DNA of 64,000 nucleotides from Naegleria gruberi (Eukaryota): NCBI GenBank assembly GCA_000004985.1, contig GG738847.1; one strand, 5' to 3'. Shown piece by piece: positions 58,995 to 64,000 of this stretch (position 1 is its first letter; each line of letters starts with the position of its first letter). The notes under the pieces were generated by a model. It saw only the letters and a program-made list of their open reading frames with translations, ran no database searches and was not told where the DNA came from. The position numbers and the translations under genes were made by a program.

Positions 58995-59157
58995 ATAAAT
59001 AATTTATTTATTATTTACAGCACCAAAACTTTGAGTTTAATAATGTTAAGGTTAGTAATTTAACCTGTAATTTTGAAAATATTGATATTAACATTAATAA
59101 ACTCAAAGTAATAGACTAATCGTAAATTATTGTTCCAAATTAAAACTTACAAAAAAA

Positions 59158-60264
59158 ATGACTGATGAAAATCCACCACTCATCATTGATAATGGTTCCT
59201 CTCTAATGAAAGCTGGTTTTTCTGGTGATGAAGCTCCACTTGCAGTCTTTCCCACAGTAACTTCACAACAAAAAGTAGCACCCATCCTCCTTTCAATGGG
59301 CTCTATCACAACATACGTTGGAGATAATGCATTGTGTAGGAGGGGTATTAATGTTTACAAATATCCAATTGATCGTGGATTGATTACTGATTGGTATCAT
59401 ATGGAAAAGATATGGCATCATACATTTTATAATGAGTTAAGAGTTGCTCCTGAAGAACATGAAGTATTATTGATGGGAATGCCATTAAATTCAAAGGAAA
59501 CGAAAGCGAAAATGGCACAAATCATGTTTGAAAGTTTTAAGGTGCAAGGTTTGTGTTTGGCAAATCAATGTGCCATGTCAATATTTGCAAGTGGTAGAAT
59601 GACAGGTGTAGTATTGGGATCAGGAGATGGCGTCACTAATTCAGTACCTATTTATGAAGGATATGCCCTATCACATGCCACCAATAGATTGGAATTAGGA
59701 GGCAAAGACCTGACAGATTATTTGAAGAAAATGTTAATGGAACGAGGATATAATTTCAACACCATGGGCGAAACTGCAATAGTCATGGATATGAAGGAAA
59801 AAACTGGTTATGTTGCCAGTAATTTTGTGGAAGAAACAGCGAAAGAAAGTTTATATGAATTACCAGATGGAAATGTAATTTCACTTGGAAGGGAAAGATT
59901 CAAAACTACTGAGATATTATTTCAACCAAATCTTATTGGAATGGAGGTTGCTGGAATTCATGAAAATATTTTCACTTCTATTAGAAAGTCAGATTTGGAT
60001 ATTAGAAAGGAATTGTATTCGAATATTGTTCTTTCAGGAGGATCGACATTGTTTAATGGAATTGTTGAACGATTGAATAATGAGTTGAGAGAAATATCTC
60101 CCTCCACAATGAAAATTCGAATAACAGCACCACCAGAAAGAAAGTACAGTACATGGATTGGTGGCAGTATTTTCTCCCAATTGCCAACTTTCCAATCAAC
60201 TTGCATAACAGCACAGGAATATGCAGATGTTGGTAGTGCAATTGTTCATAGGAAATGTTTCTAG
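59158..60264 (+). CDS. divergent actin-like protein (actin fold; actin-related or actin-paralog)
   Basis: Actin fold signatures: [53 protein letters not shown] and TAPPERKYSTWIGGSIFSQL...HRKCF. It is clearly diverged from conventional actin. Confidence 0.8.
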   Translation: MTDENPPLIIDNGSSLMKAGFSGDEAPLAVFPTVTSQQKVAPILLSMGSITTYVGDNALCRRGINVYKYPIDRGLITDWYHMEKIWHHTFYNELRVAPEEHEVLLMGMPLNSKETKAKMAQIMFESFKVQGLCLANQCAMSIFASGRMTGVVLGSGDGVTNSVPIYEGYALSHATNRLELGGKDLTDYLKKMLMERGYNFNTMGETAIVMDMKEKTGYVASNFVEETAKESLYELPDGNVISLGRERFKTTEILFQPNLIGMEVAGIHENIFTSIRKSDLDIRKELYSNIVLSGGSTLFNGIVERLNNELREISPSTMKIRITAPPERKYSTWIGGSIFSQLPTFQSTCITAQEYADVGSAIVHRKCF

Positions 60265-60291
60265 TAAACCATAAAGTCAAGGGAGGATTTC

Positions 60292-60325
60292 ACGTATTAA
60301 GGAACGGTTATATCACGATGAAGGT
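60292..60325 (+). repeat. truncated duplicate of the 5S rRNA 5' end (ACGGTTATATCACGATGAA), about 50 bp upstream of the intact 5S gene
   Basis: GTATTAAGGAACGGTTATATCACGATGAAGG aligns to GTAATGGCTACGGCCATATCACGATGAATGC of the adjacent 5S gene, including a 13-nt exact core. Confidence 0.45.
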
Positions 60326-60353
60326 TGAAAAACCTTAATTTACATTAAGTAAT

Positions 60354-60471
60354 GGCTACGGCCATATCACGATGAATGCACCTCATCCCGTCCGATTTGA
60401 GAAGTTAAGCATCGTCGAGCCACATCAGTACTGAGGTTGGAGACAACTTGGGAACCTGTGGTGCTGTAGTC
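60354..60471 (+). rRNA. 5S ribosomal RNA gene
   Basis: GGCTACGGCCATATCACGATGAATGCACCTCATCCCGTCCGATTTGAGAAGTTAAGCATCGTCGAGCCACATCAGTACTGAGGTTGGAGACAACTTGGGAACCTGTGGTGCTGTAGTC matches the 5S consensus (box A, box C region, GAGACAAC...GGGAA). Helix I pairs GGCTACGG with CTGTAGTC. It is followed by a TTTTTT terminator at 60472-60477. The ORF 60405..60605 on the minus strand is an artefact. Confidence 0.85.
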
Positions 60472-60854
60472 TTTTTTGAATCTGTGAATACTGTAACAAT
60501 ATTTGAAGACTCAAACTCGAAATTTGAAGGTTTATTGATCAACCACAAGTTTCTATTTCTAAATAGATAAAATTCAAAGGTGATATATAGATGGTCACGT
60601 AGCAAGCTTTTCTAAACAACAAACTTACTGAACCAACAATCAATAGATTCGTTGCCTTCACTGTTCATACAGTCAAAGACTGTAGCGGGATAGTCGCCAT
60701 ATTCCTGGCAGGCTTCCCGTCTTAATTGTTTTACAAATGAAATAACAAACTTAATTTTATGGAGACTCACACTTTATTCTAATGTTAAATAATAATTAAA
60801 AGCAAAATTGTTTCAAAAATTTAGCCTTTTTAAAGAAATTGATTTCTGTTTCAA

Positions 60855-61259
60855 TTATTTACGCTTGTAAATATCAACTTTCTTATTCTTCTTGCCACCT
60901 CTTCTATTCTTTCTATTCTTTCTATTCTTCTTTCTGTAAGTGTCAATTCTTCTCTTCTTATTAAATCTTCTCTTCTTTCCATAAACATCAATCTTCTTTC
61001 TGATAATTCTCTTCTTTCCATATCTCTTCCATCCTCTTCTCTTTCTTCCATAGGTGTCAATGTACTTGTTGAGCTTTCTATTGTTCTTTCTCTTCTTGAG
61101 TCTGTATTTCTTGAGATTTCTCTTCTTGTTATTCTTTCTAATGTATAAGGAAAGTGTTGAGGCAGCAGTTGATTCTTCTGCAGAAACTCCAGAAGTGAAC
61201 GAAAGTGCAAGAATTGCCAAAGTCAAGGCAATCAATAAGATTGAAACGAATCTTTTCAT
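60855..61259 (-). CDS. secreted, extremely basic repeat protein (signal peptide plus modules of the form (I/V)D(T/V/I)Y(G/R/K)(K/R)KRR)
   Basis: ATG at 61259 in an A-rich context. The signal peptide is MKRFVSILLIALTLAILALSFTSGVSA. The mature region is more than 50 percent Lys/Arg, with repeats YIDTYGRKRRGWKRYGKKR, IDVYGKKRRFNKKRR, IDTYRKKNRKNRKNRRGGKKNKK and VDIYKRK. The longer ORF in the track upstream of this ATG has a non-coding composition. The antisense Glu/Arg ORF 60851..61210 is a mirror artefact. Confidence 0.5.
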   Translation of the reverse strand: MKRFVSILLIALTLAILALSFTSGVSAEESTAASTLSLYIRKNNKKRNLKKYRLKKRKNNRKLNKYIDTYGRKRRGWKRYGKKRIIRKKIDVYGKKRRFNKKRRIDTYRKKNRKNRKNRRGGKKNKKVDIYKRK

Positions 61260-62023
61260 TTTTTGTTTTTTTGATTGTGTTTGAGAAGTGAAACATGTTT
61301 CAGTATTTAAATGTTTGAAAAGAATAGTTTGATTAGTATATTGATTTTTATGGTATGATTGAAGATGAATGATTTTCCATAAAGAGAGTAGCCACAGATT
61401 TTGGACATTGTACATTTGGTCTTTGTTAATCGGTGCGGATAATTGAACAAGAACAGAATGAAAGAACTTCAATGGTTGGATTGTGCACAAAGATGTGGAA
61501 TATCTTGGAATGAAAAAAATTCCAATGTTTAAAGAACGAAAGGACTGTAAAGAAGTACTACAGTTGGTTACAAAAAAAGTCCATATTGAGTTTACAATGA
61601 CTCTATTCAACGATTATTAAAGGCACAAGACAAGTTTCAGATTGTTACAATCAAAGAAACTATAAAGAGTTGAATTTCTGGTTAAGGTATGTTGAAAAAT
61701 AGAGACAATATTGAAACTGAATTAATCTGATATACATCGTGCTTTTTATATTCTTGTTCTTAAAAGTGCTAGTAGTTTCAAGTTGTCAAATGAAGAGTGG
61801 GAATCCTCTCTTTAACTTTCGTACAGTTTGAAAATGAGATAAACAAGAGGTGCTTACCACTTGAGAACAAGCATTGTTATAAATGTTTGTTGTTGATTTC
61901 GGTTGGTTTATGAGGATGAAAAGGAAATATCAACTATTCTGAAAGAGAAAATTCACAACTTTTATACTAATTTACATTTATTAATCATCACAAGCACGAA
62001 CGATATTAATCAAAATAGAATTT

Positions 62024-62203
62024 TCATTTGGTTTTTACATCTCCTCTCTTTACAGCAGCCGATCTTTTATCAACATTTCCATTTTTGGTGAGAAGAACAT
62101 CACCACTTTTAACAGCAGCTGATCTTTTGTCAACGGAACCACTAGATGTGAATCTGACTTCGTTGTTTTTTGCTGCAGAGCTTCTCTTGTCGACGTTACT
62201 CAT
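62024..62203 (-). CDS. small hydrophilic tandem-repeat ORF (3x NVDKRSAAVK..GDV)
   Basis: ATG at 62203 in an A-rich context. The DNA carries a 45-48-bp tandem repeat of the form acagcagctgatcttttgtcaac. Coding status is uncertain. Confidence 0.3.
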   Translation of the reverse strand: MSNVDKRSSAAKNNEVRFTSSGSVDKRSAAVKSGDVLLTKNGNVDKRSAAVKRGDVKTK

Positions 62204-62486
62204 TTTTTTTTGGAGAATTGTTGAAACTGTCAAATTTCAAGCCTGTCAAATTCTATTAATATTTTTGCAAAATTGTAACGTCTTCGGAATCTTGTTTGTA
62301 AGCTAGTGTTTAATTCCGAAATTCCACAGGTTTTGCATTAATATTTCTCTTTCGGAATGTTTGAAATATTTGAATTCCTTTCTAATAGAAAAAGAAATGA
62401 GAAAATAATTATTTGAAAGTTGTAAACAAAATCTTATCCAAATAATCTATTTCATGAATATATACATAAACATAAGATTACAATTT

Positions 62487-63599
62487 CTAGAAATATCTTC
62501 CCTGAACAATTCGAGGTCCAGTTTCTTCATATTCCTCCTTTGTTATCCAATGTTGTTGAAACATTCCAAGTGTTGAAAGTATTGATCCTCCAATCCAAAC
62601 TGAATATTTTCTCTCAGGTGGAGTAATGATATTGACATGAAATGTTGAGGGAGCTAGCTCTACAATTTCCTTTTTCAATCTCCTTTCCAATCCTTTCAAC
62701 ATGGTATTTCCACCAGAAAGAACAATACTCCCATACAAATTCCTTCTCATTTCGACATCACATTTAACGACAGAGTGAACGGCCTTCTCATGAATTCCTA
62801 GAGAATCCTTTCCAATTAAATTTGTTTGAAAAAGTGCTTCTGGACAAGTGAATAATTCCTTTCCAATATTAATTACATTCCCATCGGGTAGTTCATAATT
62901 CTGTTCCACCACTTTTTCATTTTCATAATCATATGCCACATGGCAGAGTTTCTCCTTAATATCTCTAACAATTTCCTTTTTAGTAAAGGGTGAATATTCC
63001 AAATCTTTCAACAAGGTCATTAAATATTGAGTCAAATCGCTACCAGCCAAATCCATATACGAAAGTGCTGTATTAGGATACCCTTCATAAACAGGAACTG
63101 TAAGTGTCATGCCATCTCCTGAATCCACCACAAGACCAGTTGTCCTCCCAGATGCATACAGAGCCAGCACTGAATGATTAGCAACATACATGGCTGGAAC
63201 TCCAAAGGTTTCGAACATGATTCGTGTCATCTTTTCTCGATTTGCTTTCGGATTCAATGGTGATTCAGTCAACATGATGGGATGATGCTCCGGAGCAATA
63301 CTCAATTCATTGTAAAATATGAAATGCCACAATTTTTCCATATCTTCCCAATTCGAAACTAAACCACGTTCAATAGGATTTGATAAATCCAACAGTCCTC
63401 TCTTTGATTGAGCTTCATCACCAACAAATACACTCCGTTGACCTAAGAGAGAAGAAAGTTTGGAATTTTGTTTTGGTTTTCCAATAATTGATGGCAAAAC
63501 ACATCTCGGAGCATCGTCACCTCCAAAACCAGCTTTTGATACTCCAGAACCGATATCAATGATCACTGGTTGAGGTTCTTCATCATTATGATGTGACAT
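62487..63599 (-). CDS. second divergent actin-like protein
   Basis: [61 protein letters not shown] and [41 protein letters not shown]. It is a paralog of the 59158..60264 gene. Confidence 0.8.
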   Translation of the reverse strand: MSHHNDEEPQPVIIDIGSGVSKAGFGGDDAPRCVLPSIIGKPKQNSKLSSLLGQRSVFVGDEAQSKRGLLDLSNPIERGLVSNWEDMEKLWHFIFYNELSIAPEHHPIMLTESPLNPKANREKMTRIMFETFGVPAMYVANHSVLALYASGRTTGLVVDSGDGMTLTVPVYEGYPNTALSYMDLAGSDLTQYLMTLLKDLEYSPFTKKEIVRDIKEKLCHVAYDYENEKVVEQNYELPDGNVINIGKELFTCPEALFQTNLIGKDSLGIHEKAVHSVVKCDVEMRRNLYGSIVLSGGNTMLKGLERRLKKEIVELAPSTFHVNIITPPERKYSVWIGGSILSTLGMFQQHWITKEEYEETGPRIVQGRYF

Positions 63600-63711
63600 T
63601 TATATGTTGGTATTTTTTAATTTTGAAAATTTGTTTGGTCCAAAATTACCTATGTTCGCTTTTCATCATCTGTATCAAAGATCCTTAATTTAAATAAAAT
63701 AATATAAAATT

Positions 63712-63784
63712 TGCCGACACCAGGGATCGAACCAGGGACCTTAAGATCTTCAGTCTTACGCTCTCCCAACTGAGCTATGTCGGC
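63712..63784 (-). tRNA. tRNA-Phe (anticodon GAA)
   Basis: The reverse complement reads GCCGACA-TA-GCTC-AGTTGGG-AGAGC-G-TAAGA-CTGAAGA-TCTTA-AGGTC-CCTGG-TTCGATC-CCAGG-TGTCGGC-A. This is a canonical cloverleaf with a T-run downstream on the minus strand. Confidence 0.9.
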
Positions 63785-64000
63785 TTCTTGATCAACATAA
63801 ATTAATCTTCTCATCAGAACAACACGTGTAATCAATTTTTGTTTTTTATTGGGATTTAATATTACAGATTAGGTTTATTATTTTTGATTTTTTACATAAT
63901 CATTCAATGAAAGTGGTTTAACATTGAAGAGGTCGTTATCAGTTTTTGGTGGATGTGCAACTCCTGAAATTGCAATCCATTGCAATTGTTGATATATAAT

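Noticed and set aside
60575-60640. Possible C/D-box snoRNA (GTGATAT...CTGA with a 3-bp terminal stem) downstream of the 5S gene
   Set aside because: The C box is degenerate (GUGAUAU versus RUGAUGA). There is no clear D' or C' box and no rRNA-complementary guide that I can identify by eye. A snoRNA search tool plus a complementarity scan would be needed.
60640-60720. CCATATTCCTGGCAGG resembles the U1 snRNA 5' end (ATACTTACCTGGCAGG), suggesting an snRNA gene
   Set aside because: The essential ACUUACC 5'-splice-site-pairing sequence is absent and no Sm site is evident. It is most likely a chance similarity.
1-64000. Search for a prokaryotic-style system (CRISPR arrays, defence islands, toxin-antitoxin, integrons, IS elements)
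   Set aside because: The window is unambiguously eukaryotic, with spliceosomal introns, tRNA and 5S pol III genes, and eukaryote-only gene families. I see no direct-repeat/spacer array, no transposase, reverse transcriptase or integrase ORF, and no terminal inverted repeats flanking a gene block.

Overview
This window is eukaryotic nuclear DNA, not prokaryotic. It is AT-rich and gene-dense, with about 36 protein-coding genes on both strands. Many genes carry very short spliceosomal introns of 37-90 nt with GTAAGT, GTATGT or GTTAGT donors, a CTAAC-type branch point and an AG acceptor. It also holds three tRNA genes (Ile-AAT, truncated at the window edge; Asn-GTT; Phe-GAA), one dispersed 5S rRNA gene with a T-run terminator, and abundant poly-Q/N low-complexity coding. 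The 5S sequence, the short introns and an RWP-RK domain gene are consistent with an amoebozoan, possibly dictyostelid-like, genome; that attribution is an inference. Genes I recognise from conserved motifs are TPX2-like, TDP1, SMC1, an Sfi1-like repeat protein, an MSH4-like MutS homolog, a mitochondrial carrier, FAB1/PIKfyve, WDR83/MORG1, an RWP-RK protein, PARG, TRMU/MnmA, a formin, WDR70, BRCC36, XPNPEP3/Icp55-type aminopeptidase, RPL23A, LSM5, bystin, a TIG+ankyrin protein and two divergent actin-like proteins. The LSM5 gene has three micro-exons and is absent from the ORF track. I see no CRISPR array, no prokaryotic defence system and no recognisable mobile element. The most interesting observations are: E2F-type motifs sitting exactly in the promoters of chromosome-cycle genes; a dispersed 5S gene preceded by a truncated copy of itself and flanked by two actin paralogs; a frameshift inside the formin FH1 repeat; extreme gene packing with overlapping convergent stop codons; a secreted poly-basic repeat protein; and a GC-rich palindrome cluster. 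All splice coordinates were derived by hand and may be off by one or two nucleotides. ORF-track start positions often reflect alternative start codons, so I re-picked ATGs where the sequence context supported it.
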